This document shows, piece by piece, positions 49,640-61,957 of a DNA stretch of 64,000 bases (position 1 is its first letter; every line of letters begins with the position of its first letter). The DNA comes from Selaginella moellendorffii. Its lineage: Eukaryota; Plantae; Lycopodiophyta. The notes below the pieces were generated by a model. It was not told the DNA's origin. It saw only the letters and a list, made by a program, of their open reading frames with translations, and ran no database searches. Where the stretch lies: NCBI RefSeq assembly GCF_000143415.4, contig NW_003314263.1, positions 870,165 to 934,164 of the forward strand. Reading direction: 5' to 3'. A program made the position numbers and the translations under genes.

Positions 49640-50110
49640 AAGATTACTATCACCTCATTATGGAGCTATGTGCTGCTAAAACAAAAAAGCATAAGGCAGC
49701 AATCATGATTAAGCAAAGTAGTAAAGATAGTGCACAAGATGCACAAGAGGGGCATTACTTATAAGGATATCAAGTTTAAAAACATCCTTTTAGAGTTTTG
49801 GGAGAACTTGCTTGGGAACATAAAGTCAGTAGACTTTTGGAGCATTGTCAAAGTTTTCAAAGAAGAGGTCGCTACCAAGTATGATCAGAGATCTTATCTC
49901 CTGGCCATATTTATGACAAGAGAGGTTGACATGTGGAGCATGGGGATTGTTTTATACAAGATGTTGTCTGGGAAGTGTGCATTTCCAGAGTTGGTGTCAT
50001 GAGAAATTGAGAAGAGATTGGGATGTTTGGAGGATTTGTAATGAACTCTCTTGACTCCAAAATCAAGCAAATGTAGGGAAAATGAGTTTGAAGCTGGTTT
50101 TCTAGCAAAC
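49640..50110 (+). pseudogene. Old, heavily decayed CAMK/CDPK-like kinase remnant (D1)
   Basis: HKRGITYKDIKFKNILL (HRDxKPxN-like), IKSVDF and EVDMWSMGIVLYKMLSGKCAF. Confidence 0.65.
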
Positions 50111-50729
50111 AAAGCCTAGAAAATGGTGTGTGAAAATAAAGTGGGAAGAAAAACAATTGAAAACTATAATCATAAAGCCAAACAAAATTTAGTTACAATG
50201 CATGAATTGTTCACTAAAAAATCACTCATATGCAATTTTGTGACCAAACTATACAGTTATGCATGAAGAAGTAAAGCTTTTGTCAATGACAAAGTTTCTT
50301 TATGGATATGTTAAACTGTATAATCAGATAAAAAGCCAGAATACATTGATATATCACTAAACTCTTTCATGACTGCTACTAGGACGAGCAAAGTAATTTT
50401 ATTATTTCATAAAATGAAATTAAAGTCAGTTTTAGAGCGTCGCCATTCTCATGCTACGGCTTTGAAACGGTTATTGTTCAGTGGCCAATCAACTGACATT
50501 TCAACTGAAGCTGCGGAAAGCTGGTTGCGCCAAATGCCAGGAGTCGGATGAAAGAAAAAATAAAATAAAATGTCAGAGCATCAGCAGCACCAAAATCTCT
50601 CCCCCCACCTCCAAAATCACCACCAAACTCAAAATCACCACCACCACCACCACCACGAGAAGTTGAGCACCACCTCTGCCTGAGCAGCTTGCCGAAACCG
50701 CTGGTGGCGCTGCACGCCCGCCGCAATAC

Positions 50730-51851
50730 ATACGTCGTATGAAAAGCTTCTCCACTTTTTCCATGAGATTAGCGGCCTACTCGGAAATATGCAAACAAAA
50801 AGTTGTAAAACAACAAAGATGGCTCACCTTGTCAGAGCTGCTAAAGTACGAGCCCGCAAATAAATCGGCATTGCTTTCCTGCCAGTCACCTAAAATAAAA
50901 AACTTCAGAGCTTTCCCTCGAGTCCTCACAGATTTTCAAGATCTTTGCGAATGCCACCACGTTCAAAGAGCTGTAATCTGATGGAATAAGCACGAAAGGA
51001 TCTTACACAGACTAATTTGGAGTCCAAGGCCACGATAAAACTCGATGAATGCCAAGCGCAGCACCTTCTCTGCAGAGTGAACCTTTTTCTTGGTCGCGTG
51101 GATGTCCGTCTCTTGAGATATATTTTTCTTGGATTGGTGTATCAATGCTTGCGAGAGGGACGCTATCGTAGTAGTATGGTGCCGGAGATTTCACGTCTTG
51201 TGAACAGAATATAGGCTGCCGCTCAAGCGAATTTCCCATCTCAATGCTACTGTTTCCAGCAGGCATTCCTCGAGACGTATCAGCGCGAGATTTCTAAGAG
51301 AAAGCAAACTACCTGAGAATAACTCCAGCGTTTGGCATTTGCCTGCTCAAAGCCTCGGCTCTTTTGCAGTACTCCTCCTCCTTTGTCCTGTAAAACTTAT
51401 TCACGTTGTTAAGATGGCCATCCAGGCGGGCGAATAACATCTTCTCCTCTTCGACCTGTGAAATCGGTCCGAAGTGTTCTGTCTCATAAAGCTCCTCTGG
51501 GGGCAATTGACGCACCTGGAGAACAAAAACTATCAAAGAAGCTTTCAAAGGAAGAACTTTGACAGTTACGAAGAACTTACTCGAAGGACTTCACTCTGGC
51601 TCCATGTCAAGATCTTCCGCCTGGTGAGACCGCTGAAAGTCCTGAGGGGCGAAGAATCGGCGGGCGAGGGAGAAGAGCCAGCAGCATCAGCAGTAGCAGC
51701 ACCAGCACCCCCACCTGGAGAAAAAATTTGCTTCTTGCGGAAGCACCAGCTTGATCTGCTTGAGATCCTTCTTGAGCTGCCACTAATCGCGGTAGGCCGA
51801 TCGCCACTCGGGAACAAGATGGCCATCGAGCTGCTTGGAGAACTTGACCAT
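50730..51851 (-). pseudogene. PHO1: PHO1-family 5' fragment (SPX domain only, internal stop, no EXS)
   Basis: MVKFSKQLDGHLVPEWRSAYRD*, LYETE..FARLDGHLNNVNKFYRTKEEEY, AEKVLRLAFIEFYRGL, LNVVAFAKIL and SSSDK|..NLMEKVEKLFI. Introns are retained. Confidence 0.85.
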
Positions 51852-52007
51852 GCTGGATGAAAAAGATGATGCATCCCTTTTCTTCTCGTTCTACTTCTAA
51901 ATGAAAGACCAACTCTCACCAAGTAAAGCGGTGCCACTGCCAGTCCACACCCCATTTCCCGTGAATCGATCGAGCGAGCAAAGCTTGCCTGGGGTTTTCT
52001 GCCTGTC

Positions 52008-52580
52008 ATGGCGGGGATTGGGATCTGCCGCTGGAAATGCGAGGCCTGGCCGTGGATTCAAGGCGCTCGCGAAGTCCAGGCTCCAGCATTGCCTCCACAG
52101 AAGCGGCAATGCAGGCGCGGTTCTCAAGCACCCATTTTGTTTTCCTTTTCGTTTCTCTCGCATCGCAGCGCTCTGATATGGATGGATCGAGCGCAGCAAC
52201 AGGTGCGCGGCGTGTATATCGACTGCAAGGGGCTGAATTTCGAGCAAGCCATGGCGCGCTATGGCCGGAAGATGCGACAGGACAAGACGCTCACTGATCT
52301 GCTCAAGAAGGAGTACTACGTGAAGCCGTCGGAGCAGCGGCGCCAGGCGGAGAAGGAGCGTGTCAAGCGAACCAAGAAGAGGCTCTTCCTGGAGAAGCTC
52401 AAGTTCGTCTTGATGCTGCGAGCAAGGTTTGCATTCCTCCTTTTGTTCTTCATCCACCATAGCTGGTTTTCATTTCTTCTTCCTTTCTCTTTCTCCTCGG
52501 AGAAATCCATTCTTTTCCTTTTTGCGAGATGTTGAATCGCTTAGTGATGATCTTCTTCTCGTTTATCCAGAGGGCTGTGA
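52008..52580 (+). CDS. RPS21: Organellar (probably mitochondrial) ribosomal protein S21 (bS21), apparently intact
   Basis: QQVRGVYIDC..NFEQAMARYGRKM..KKEYYVKPSEQRRQAEK. Last intron gtttgc...ttatccag gives ...ARGL*. The 5' exon structure is uncertain. Confidence 0.75.
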
Positions 52581-52667
52581 TCGAACTTTGGTGATCTTCT
52601 TTTAATTTGTTTTCCTCTCTACTTCTGTTTTTATGAACTAACAAGAGCCCTAAGTTTCTTTTCTATC

Positions 52668-53144
52668 ATGGCCTCGGGAGGGCCTCTTCTCGCTCTCGAC
52701 GATCTCATCCATGATCTTAGCAAAGATCCAGCATCACCGAATTTCCCCTGGTTGGATCGCCCATCAGCAACGCAACAAGATGATCATCTCCCTCAGGATC
52801 TCGATCTCGTAGAGGTGCTTTCTCTTTCTTTCAATCCCTCGATCAGTGCTCAGGAATACCACCGTTGCAGGAAATCCAGGAGACCTGCCGCGATCTCAAT
52901 GCCGCATTGGAGCGCCCCGGCTACGCTTGGACCTCGCTCAACCAGAAGGTGGGTCGCCTCCATCGGTCGATTCCTCCCCAATTTCTCATGTGGGTCGTGT
53001 GGGAAATCTCAGCTATGCACGAGCCTGGCCGCGGCAGCCGAGATCGTTCGAATCAGCCACGCGAATTTCGCGCAATTGCTCCAGAAACTCCAGGCCCTGC
53101 GCGCGATTGTTAGCAGGGGAGAAGGAACCCTAAAGATGGTATAA
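52668..53144 (+). CDS. Small 3-exon gene, 118-aa uncharacterised coiled-coil protein (exons 52668-52814, 52871-52948, 53013-53144)
   Basis: Two phase-0 GT-AG introns give a clean frame ...AWTSLNQK|LCTSLAAAAEIVRISHANFAQLLQKLQALRAIVSRGE. Confidence 0.65.
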   Translation: MASGGPLLALDDLIHDLSKDPASPNFPWLDRPSATQQDDHLPQDLDLVEVLSLSFNPSISAQEYHRCRKSRRPAAISMPHWSAPATLGPRSTRRWVASIGRFLPNFSCGSCGKSQLCTSLAAAAEIVRISHANFAQLLQKLQALRAIVSRGEGTLKMV

Positions 53145-53439
53145 ATGCCGAGTATATTCTCTTAGGGTAGGGCGTAACAATTTTGCAGTAAAGTATATCT
53201 TTAGAATATGCTCATTTCAATGCCTAGCCCCTTCTAGATCTATGCGCGACAAATCTCGATTTCGCGCTAGAAATCTTGATTTCTACTGTAGGAATTGCTC
53301 TGGTCGGTGTGTGCTCACCAAGGGAGAATCTGCTGTGTACCCGATTTTTTTCGAGTACCAGAATTAATGGTTTTTTGTTCTTCTCTTTTATATCCAGATC
53401 GAGAGTGTGAGGCTTCTTCCAAGAGGGCAATTGTTCTAG

Positions 53440-53840
53440 AATGTTTGGAGGTGGATACAGGAAAGGCGATGGATTGCCTGCTGTAAGCACTGCGAACATT
53501 TTCTCTGCGCTTAAGCGAAAATCCAGCAAGAAGAAGTCGGACAAGCATGCATTGCAAAGCAGCCAGAGTAGTTTTGGGTGCCAAGTCCGGCTACCGTCAA
53601 GTCTTGGGCCGATGTCGAGGACGACAACGATTACTTTGCGACCACCGCTCTGCTGCCAACCATAACAACAAAGGCCTCGCAGGAATCCTCTGTGAACCCT
53701 GACTTGAATCACTTGGAGGTAACCATCTTTTTTCGTAGCTCTCCTCTTTTTCCTTTTCTGTTCTTCCTGATGGTATGTATGTTAGGATTCGACGATGATG
53801 CCGACAAAGAGGTCGAAGAAGAGAAAAGCGGTGTCGTAAT
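53440..53840 (+). pseudogene. 5' fragment of a conserved uncharacterised plant protein (N[IV]F[SA]AL..KKKKSDK / KSWADxxD motifs)
   Basis: STANIFSALKRKSSKKKSDK and PSPATVKSWADVEDDNDYFATT. Frameshifted, and cut at ~53840 by A''. Confidence 0.6.
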
Positions 53841-53844
53841 TCCA

Positions 53845-54010
53845 TGCCCCATGTCAATCACGTCCAAAACGTTTTCGTGTTTGCAATTTGCCATGATCTC
53901 AAGCTCCTTGAGGATTTGCTTGTGAACCTCCTTATTTCCTAGCACTACTCTCTCGCCCAGATGATCGTATCCATGCGCCACCGCAGACGCATAGTTATAT
54001 CTGCCCAACA
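53845..54010 (-). pseudogene. Inverted partial duplicate of the A' N-lobe (A'')
   Basis: GRYNYASAVAHGYDHLGERVV..CKHENVLDVIDMG. Confidence 0.78.
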
Positions 54011-54141
54011 GTTTATGGAGAAACGCGCCCTAAAACCCTAAACCCAAATTTTCGACACTGAATCGGCCACCCTTTTTCGTCGCCTTTACTGCGACTATAA
54101 AAGAGAGTGTTCCTCCATAGGGTTTCTCCATAGCTTGAGAA

Positions 54142-54919
54142 ATGAAAGTGTTGGGCAGATATAACTATGCGTCTGGATATGGCGAAAGCTCTGCGGTGGC
54201 GCATGGATACGATGATCTGGGCGAGAGAGTCGTGATAAAAAATATGGGTAAAGGCAAGGAGGTTCACAAGCAAATCCTCAAGGAGTTTGAGATCATGGTA
54301 AATTGCAAACATGAAAACGTTTTGGACGTGATTGACATGGGGCTAGACAAGGACGGGAATTACTACATGGTATTCGAGCATACTAATGGTAACGTGTTGG
54401 AGTATCTACAAATGGACCTTTCGAAAGCTGGCAAAGAATCGGAGCTTGGTTCGAGGTTTTTCACCAGGGAAGAGAAGATCAAGGAGATAATGCGCCAGCT
54501 CCTTCTAGGGCTTGCATGGCTGCATGAACGTGGGGTGGCGCACCAGGGCATGACAAAAGATAACGTCCTGGTGAAGGTCAAAAGGATGTGATTTCAAGGT
54601 GAAGCTGGGCGATTTTAGCTGTGCGAGGAGGCTTTGCAACAATCCCCCAGAAACAACCCTGAAAGTGGGAACTGCGGTGGACATATGGAGTGCTGGGATA
54701 TTGCTAGTGGGGATGCTCTTGCCATTGGAAATGCCTGAGCTACCAGAGAAAGAGGCTAAAGGAGAGGTGTTGGAGACGATCAAAAAATTTCTCCAGGCTT
54801 TGGATGATTTAATCAAGGACAAGGACGCCCTGGAGTTAGTCAGATCGATGCTAGCATCTGATCCAGTTACTGCCCGGCAAGCTTTAGCTTTCAGGTATTT
54901 ACATCACAATACCCAATAA
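54142..54919 (+). pseudogene. Kinase-fold type A' copy, frameshifted (+1 A at ~54581)
   Basis: gtcaaaaggatg here versus gtcaaaggatg in the other two copies. Confidence 0.82.
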
Positions 54920-55442
54920 CATATGATATCTTAGATACAAAATATTGTAAAGTAAAAATATGAGTTGTGTCCAACACGAAAAGAAGATAAGTAAAATAGA
55001 CTAATAATAATATTCGAACTAAAAAGTGTTTAGGAAGGTTTATAAATTATAAGTATGTTTATAATTATAAATATAAGATTAATCTCAACGTTGTAGAAGA
55101 TCCCGGACGCTGGTAAAAAAAAAAGCTTGGCACATTTTTTTTTTATGCTTTCTGATCCTTTTTTCTTTTCTTTTGTGTGTGTGACGTTGGGTGTGGTTGC
55201 AGAGGACATGTCTGGGATCGTCAAGAGAGCACCACCACTACAAGGGCTTCACATGATCAAGGAAGCTCAAGGAGAATATGCTGCCCGCAGAGCAGGCGAC
55301 CAAGATTTAAAGAGTTTTTTTCCTTTCTTTTTACATTTGTAATTAAAATAAACTCCTTTTTCTCCATCTTTTTCTTGAAACTGGGTGCTTTTTCTGCAAA
55401 ACAAATCCTTTAGGTTTTCCTAACCATTCATTTTTTCGAGCG

Positions 55443-56363
55443 ATGGCAGACTATGTGTGGGCGAGTGGCGTGGGGTTGCTAGGCGCTGGAGCGGATGGAG
55501 AGGTGAGGGTTGGGTTCCACTGAAAGACTGGAGACAAAGTAGCCATGAAGAAGATGTACGAGCACGAGTACCTTTACGATGCCATCATCAACGGGTCGGA
55601 GATCCTGGAAGAGGTAGCGCACAACAACGTTGTCAATCTCCTTGGGTTGACCTGCAACAACCAGGGTACGTTCATGGTGATGGTGCGCCAGATCCTCGAG
55701 GGCCTGGCGTGGATTCACGCGCACAGAATCGTTCACCAAGACGTCAAGACGAGCAACGTTCTCGTCAAAAGGGATGGAGAGAAGAATAAGTTTGTTGTGA
55801 AGCTGGCGGACTTCGCTACTGTGAGGAGGCTGCGGACGCGCCCCTGGTCGAACAAGGTCGGGACCTTAACGTTCAACGCTCCGGAGCTTCTCACGGGTGC
55901 CACCAGCTTTGGCACCGCAATCGACGTGTGGGGCGCCGGGTGTATATTTGCGGAGATGCTCCTGGGTAGCAATCCCTTTGACGTGCCCGACGAGGAGGAT
56001 GGGGACTCGCTCGACTATTTTGTGGCTGATTTCGCCAAGAAGCTGGACATCGATGGCTGTGGCATGGGCTATCAAGACAGGCGCCGAGAGCGAGCACGCA
56101 AGAGGATCTTGGAGAAGATGGCATGGTGGAAAGCCGAGGACGTGAGAAGCGGAATTAAAGACCCCGATGCGGTGGAGCTGCTCAAAAGGATGCTGGCAAT
56201 TGATCTGGCGAGGAGGATCTCGGCACAAAACGCCTTGAAGATGCCATATTTCCAAGAGAAGGCCGACGACACAGCGCTCCCGAAAATGACGACTGCAAGT
56301 GGAAATTTTAGACCAGTTTGGGTTAAAATCAACAATGCAGCCCCATCAATAGCTATAATGTAA
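55443..56363 (+). pseudogene. Kinase type B, copy B3 (CGA>TGA stop at 55521, ~72-bp in-frame deletion)
   Basis: ttccactgaaag versus ttccaccgaaag in B1. Lacks ELMDGSLSD...IRAV. Confidence 0.85.
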
Positions 56364-56494
56364 ACAATGCTTGTGAAGACTGTGAATGTATACATTTAAA
56401 GTTTTGCAAAACATTTTATCTTTTTCTCTAAGTAGATCATGTAAAGAAAAAAATTAAAATAGTTATTATATTAATAATTATAATTATGTTTTTA

Positions 56495-57023
56495 ATTTTG
56501 TCTCCTGGAACTCGGATCTGTCACTGGAAATGGCAACTTAGAAGCGGCAGCACGGTTCTTCGAGCGTTTTCCCGAGAAGAACGTCGTCTCCTACAATACC
56601 ATGATCGCAGGGAATGCTCAGGCCGGAGAGCTAAGCTCTTGCTTCGATCTGGTGGCGAAGATGGCAATCGAAGGACTCACTCCCGACAAGCAAGCCTTCA
56701 GTGTTCTCGCTGAATCCAGCCATGGCGGAAAGCTAGAACAGGGACTCCACCACTTCGTGCTCATGAGTGGCGACTTTGGAATCACAGCTTTGAGGGAGCA
56801 CTACGATTCAGTCACAGACATCCTGGGACGGGCCGGGAACCTGGAACTCACTCGCGAGGTCGTCCAAGCCATGCCATTTCTCCCGGCTTGGGGATTTCTA
56901 CTCGGTGGCTACCAGCCAAGGCTTCACGCAACGAGCAGCCAGGAGCGTTTTCGAGCTGGGCTTGGGGCGAGCAAACAACCATACCAAGTGGTACACAAAT
57001 TCACGTTATATCATTGTTTTTAA
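56495..57023 (+). pseudogene. PPR 3' fragment (P5)
   Basis: MIAGNAQAGE..HYDSVTDILGRAG. Confidence 0.78.
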
Positions 57024-57077
57024 AATATGATCCGTATGAAAAAACTACACCCTAGTTTACATTTATCTCTTCATGTA

Positions 57078-57910
57078 CTAACAGTAGGCGCTCACCAAGT
57101 TGGCTGATGGTGGCATGTATTTAACACACGCTGCTCGAACTTTCTTGACAACCAAGTCGCGACTAAAACCGGGAGCACTCCTCTTCACTCCACAGCGCCT
57201 CCTCTTTTGAATCGTCTTCTTGATCTTACTGCTGCAATTCTCAACGATCCACTCCAGCACACCATCCAGCGTCAACCTCTCGCTCGGCTCCACAGCCAGC
57301 ATCCCGCAGATGAGATCCTCCGCCTCTGAGAGAGGACAACCATCCGGGAATTCCCCGGCTCGCAACAACTTGATCTCCCTGAACTGCTTGTAGTCTCTCA
57401 GCAGCTCATATGCGATCACTCCCAGCGCCCACACGTCCATGGCTGTAGTGTAAAAGCTCTGCAACCTAGCGTCGCCATGACCATCCTTGCAGCTCGTCAC
57501 CTCCAGGGCCATATGCGACATCTCCTTGGGGTCGTCCGTGGCCATGCCGAGCGCAGCATTTGCTCGAAGAGATCCAACACGTTGCTCGTGTCTCCCGCGT
57601 GGCTGTGAGCTTCCAGCAGCGAGTTCCAAGTCCCCAGATCTTGCTGCCTCGATCCATGGAGTGGAAGACTTGGCGAGCTTCGTCCACACTCCCGCACTTG
57701 CCATAGAAGCTGACGAGCGAGCTCCCAACAACGGGATCGTCCCTGTGGAGTGATCCAATCTCCTCGGCGTGGATCTTCCTCCCAGTTTCCAGATCCCCCA
57801 GGCTTCCACAGGCTTTGAGCACCGCGGCGAAAGTTAGAGAGTCGAGCTCCACCGCCAGCCTCGCCACTCTCCGCGTAGCCGAAGATGAGAGTGTTTACGC
57901 AACAGGTCCT
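57078..57910 (-). pseudogene. PPR-kinase C chimera (C'3), near-identical to C'1
   Basis: Same 243-, 133- and 143-aa ORFs as 35678-36528. Confidence 0.82.
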
Positions 57911-58899
57911 CGATTGTGATGGTAACAAATGAGCTTGTGGAAGTTCCAGAGGTGATCAGAGATGGATTGTTTGCGAGGCAGCACAAAGTTGTGGAGACAA
58001 GAGGCTACTGCATCATGCAGCTCGTCCTCTGCAATCTTCATGTCCTGGCCATGAATCACAAGCCCTCTCAGCACGGTCTACTTTGGGAGGATCACTGCCT
58101 GCCAGTTTCTGGTTTATTTTATATTTTACTTAAAGGTCTAGAAATATATTTTTATTTTAAAAGTATTTTTGAAATCTATGAGATTTTGCAAATTTCAGCA
58201 TTTGCAAATCTATTTGCCTTTGTGCAATCTTTTTTCTAGGCCATATTGGTACAAGAGGATGGGAAGTAGGGATGATGAAGAGTGATATAAACAATTTTTA
58301 CATTATTAAGGAGTGGTATGTACAAAATTAAGTGTAAAGTGGATGGTGAATTTTTTGCATGTGAGGAATTATCCAATTGAAGACTTGATCATCAATAATA
58401 CACTCCCAGATGGAAGCCTACAAGAGGAAGTTGAGGCAGAGATCAATAAACGTATATGTACATTACCCTATGCCATGCTCCATGATTTATAAGACTTGCC
58501 ATGGAACACTCTACCACCAATATACTTCTAATGCCAAAATAGTGTTTAATTGCAACAAAGTTTCAATTTTTAACTTTATGCAAGATGTGAACATCCTCCA
58601 ACTCAAAGCTAGAGTGTATTATCTTGCCTCTCACATGAAACAAGTGCACTAGCTTATCTTTGACAGAGTTCTAACCTTGCAATAATGGGCACAAACCTCC
58701 CCTTAAGGGAGCAAACTCTATTAGAGAAGGAATGTAACTGAGGCAGAGATTGAGGCATTGGCCCATCCCTCAAAGATGCATAAGATCATGGATCAAATAA
58801 TCTTCAAAAGCACAAAACTAAAAAACAGCAATGGAGCCATGGTACATAAAAGTGAAGGCAAAATAGCAATGGAGCTATAGTACATAAGTTTGTGGAGGT

Positions 58900-59350
58900 T
58901 TTAAGGGATAAAAATTATTATCACCTCATTATGGAAATATTTACTTAGGGATGTGCTGCTAAAACAAAAAAGCATAAGGCAACAATCATGATTAAGCAAG
59001 TAGTCAAGATAGTGCACAAGATGCACAAATATCAAGTCTAAAAATATCCTTTTAGAGTTTTGGGAGAACTTGCTTGGGAACATAAAGTTGGTAGACTTTT
59101 GGAGCATCATCAAGGTTTTCAAAGAAGAGGAAGTATGATCAGAGATCTTATCTCCTGGCCATATTTACGACAAGAGAGGTTGACATGTGGAGCATGGGGA
59201 TTGTTTTATACAAGATGTTTTCTGGGAAGTGTGCATTTCCAGAGTTGGTGTCATAAGAAATTGAGAAGAGACTGGGATGTTTGGAAGATTTGCAATGAAC
59301 TCTTTTGACTCCAAAATCAAGCAAATGTAAGGAAGATGAATTTGAAGCTG
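58900..59350 (+). pseudogene. Decayed kinase remnant (D2)
   Basis: Direct copy of D1 with further deletions (gaggttgacatgtggagcatggggattgtt shared). Confidence 0.55.
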
Positions 59351-60004
59351 GTTTTTTAACAGCCGAAGCCTAGAAAATGGTGTGTAAAAATGAAGTGGGA
59401 AGAAAAATAATTGAAAACTATAATCATAAAGCCAAACAAAATTTAGTTACAATGCATGAACTGTTCACTAAAAAATCACTCATATGCAGTTTTATAACCA
59501 AACTGTACAATTATGCATGAAGAAGTAAAGCTTTTATCAATGACAAAGTTTCTTTATGGATATGTTAAATTGTATAGTCAGATAAAAAGCCAGAATACAT
59601 TGATATATCACTAAACTCTTTCATGACTGCTACTAGGACGAGCAAAGTAATTTTATTATTTCATAAAATGAAATTAAAGTCAGTTTTAGAGCGTCGCCAT
59701 TCTCATGCTACGGCTTTGAAACGGTTATTGTTCAGTGGCCAATCAACTGACATTTCAACTGAAGCTGCGGAAAGCTGGTTGCGCCAAATGCCAGGAGTCG
59801 GATGAAAGAAAAAAGAAAAATAAAATGTCAGAGCAGCAGCAGCACCAAAATCTCTCCCCCCACCTCCAAAATCACCACCAAACTCAAAATCACCACCACC
59901 ACCACCACGAGAAGTTGAGCACCACCTCTGCCTGAGCAGCTTGCCGAAACCGCTGGTGGCGCTGCACGCCCGAGTGCCTGTTCGCGCCATACTTCCCGCC
60001 GCAA

Positions 60005-61147
60005 TACATACGTCGTATGAAAAGCTTCTCCACTTTTTCCATGAGATTAGCGGCCTACTCGGAAATATGCAAACAAAAAGTTGTAAAACAACAAAGATGG
60101 CTCACCTTGTCAGAGCTGCTAAAGTACGAGCCCGCAAATAAATCGGCATTGCTTTCCTGCCAGTCACCTAAAATAAAAAACTTCAGAGCTTTCTCTCGAG
60201 TCCTCACAGATTTTCACCGTGACATATTTTTTCAAGATCTTTGCGAATGCCACCACGTTCAAAGAGCTGTAATCAGATGGAATAAGCACGAAAGGATCTT
60301 ACACAGACTAATTTGGAGTCCAAGGCCACGATAAAACTCGATGAATGCCAAGCGCAGCACCTTCTCTGCAGAGTGAACCTTTTTCTTGGTCGCGTGGATG
60401 TCCGTCTCTTGAGATATATTTTTCTTGGATTGGTGTATCAATGCTTGCGAGAGGGACGCTATCGTAGTAGTATGGTGCCGGAGATTTCACGTCTTGTGAA
60501 CAGAATATAGGCTGCCGCTCAAGCGAATTTCCCATCTCAATGCTACTGTTTCCAGCAGGCATTCCTCGAGACGTATCAGCGCGAGATTTCTAAGAGAAAG
60601 CAAACTACCTGAGAATAACTCCAGCGTTTGGCATTTGCCTGCTCAAAGCCTCGGCTCTTTTGCAGTACTCCTCCTCCTTTGTCCTGTAAAACTTATTCAC
60701 GTTGTTAAGATGGCCATCCAGGCGGGCGAATAACATCTTCTCCTCTTCGACCTGTGAAATCGGTCCGAAGTGTTCTGTCTCATAAAGCTCCTCTGGGGGC
60801 AATTGACGCACCTGGAGAACAAAAACTATCAAAGAAGCTTTCAAAGGAAGAACTTTGACAGTTACGAAGAACTTACTCGAAGGACTTCACTCTGGCTCCA
60901 TGTCAAGATCTTCCGCCTGGTGAGACCGCTGAAAGTCCTGAGGGGCGAAGAATCGGCGGGCGAGGGAGAAGAGTCAGCAGCATCAGCAGTAGCAGCACCA
61001 GCACCCCCACCTGGAGAAAAAATTTGCTTCTTGCGGAAGCACCAGCTTGATCTGCTTGAGATCCTTCTTGAACTGCCACTAATCGCGGTAGGCCGATCGC
61101 TTCTCGGGAACAAGATGGCCATCGAGCTGCTTGGAGAACTTGACCAT
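60005..61147 (-). pseudogene. PHO1: PHO1-family SPX fragment, second copy
   Basis: Direct copy of 50730-51851. Confidence 0.83.
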
Positions 61148-61303
61148 GCTGGATGAAAAAGATGATGCATCCCTTTTCTTCTCGTTCTACTTCTAAATGA
61201 AAGACCAACTCTCACCAAGTAAAGCGGTGCCACTGCCAGTCCACACCCCATTTCGCGTGAATCGATCGAGCGAGCAAAGCTTGCCTGCGGTTTTCTGCCT
61301 GTC

Positions 61304-61870
61304 ATGGCGGGGATTGGGATCTGCCGCTGGAAATGCGAGGCCTGGCCGTGGATTCAAGGCGCTCGCGAAGTCCAGGCTCCAGCATTGCCTCCACAGAAGC
61401 GGCAATGCAGGCGCGGTTCTCAAGCACCCATTTTGTTTTCCTTTTCGTTTCTCTCGCATCGCAGCGCTCTGATATGGATGGATCGAGCGCAGCAACAGGT
61501 GCGCGGCGTGTATATCGACTGCAAGGGGCTGAATTTCGAGCAAGCCATGGCGCGCTATGGCCGGAAGTTGCGACAGGACAAGACGCTAAGCTCAATGATC
61601 TAGTACTACGTAAAGCCGTCGGAGCAGCGGCACCAGGCGGAGAAGGAGCGTGTCAAGCGAACCAAGAAGAGGCTCTTCCTGGAGAAGCTCAAGTTCGTCT
61701 TGATGCTGCGAGCAAGGTTTGCATTCCTCCTTTTGTTCTTCATCCACCATAGCTGGTTTTCATTTCTTCTTCCTTTCTCTTTCTCCTCGGAGAAATCCAT
61801 TCTTTTCCTTTTTGCGAGATGTTGAATCGCTTAGTGATGATCTTCTTCTCGTTTATCCAGAGGGCTGTGA
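61304..61870 (+). pseudogene. RPS21: RPS21 second copy, disrupted at ~61586-61603
   Basis: gacgctaagctcaatgatctag replaces gacgctcactgatctgctcaagaaggag and introduces a TAG stop. Confidence 0.75.
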
Positions 61871-61957
61871 TCGAACTTTGGTGATCTTCTTTTAATTTGT
61901 TTTCCTCTCTACTTCTGTTTTTATGAACTAACAAGAGCCCTAAGTTTCTTTTCTATC

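Noticed and set aside
59703-59990. Gly-rich ORF MARTGTRACSATSGFGK... (and its copy at 50478-50726)
   Set aside because: Driven by a GGT/CAC microsatellite, start not conserved between the copies, and no assignable family.
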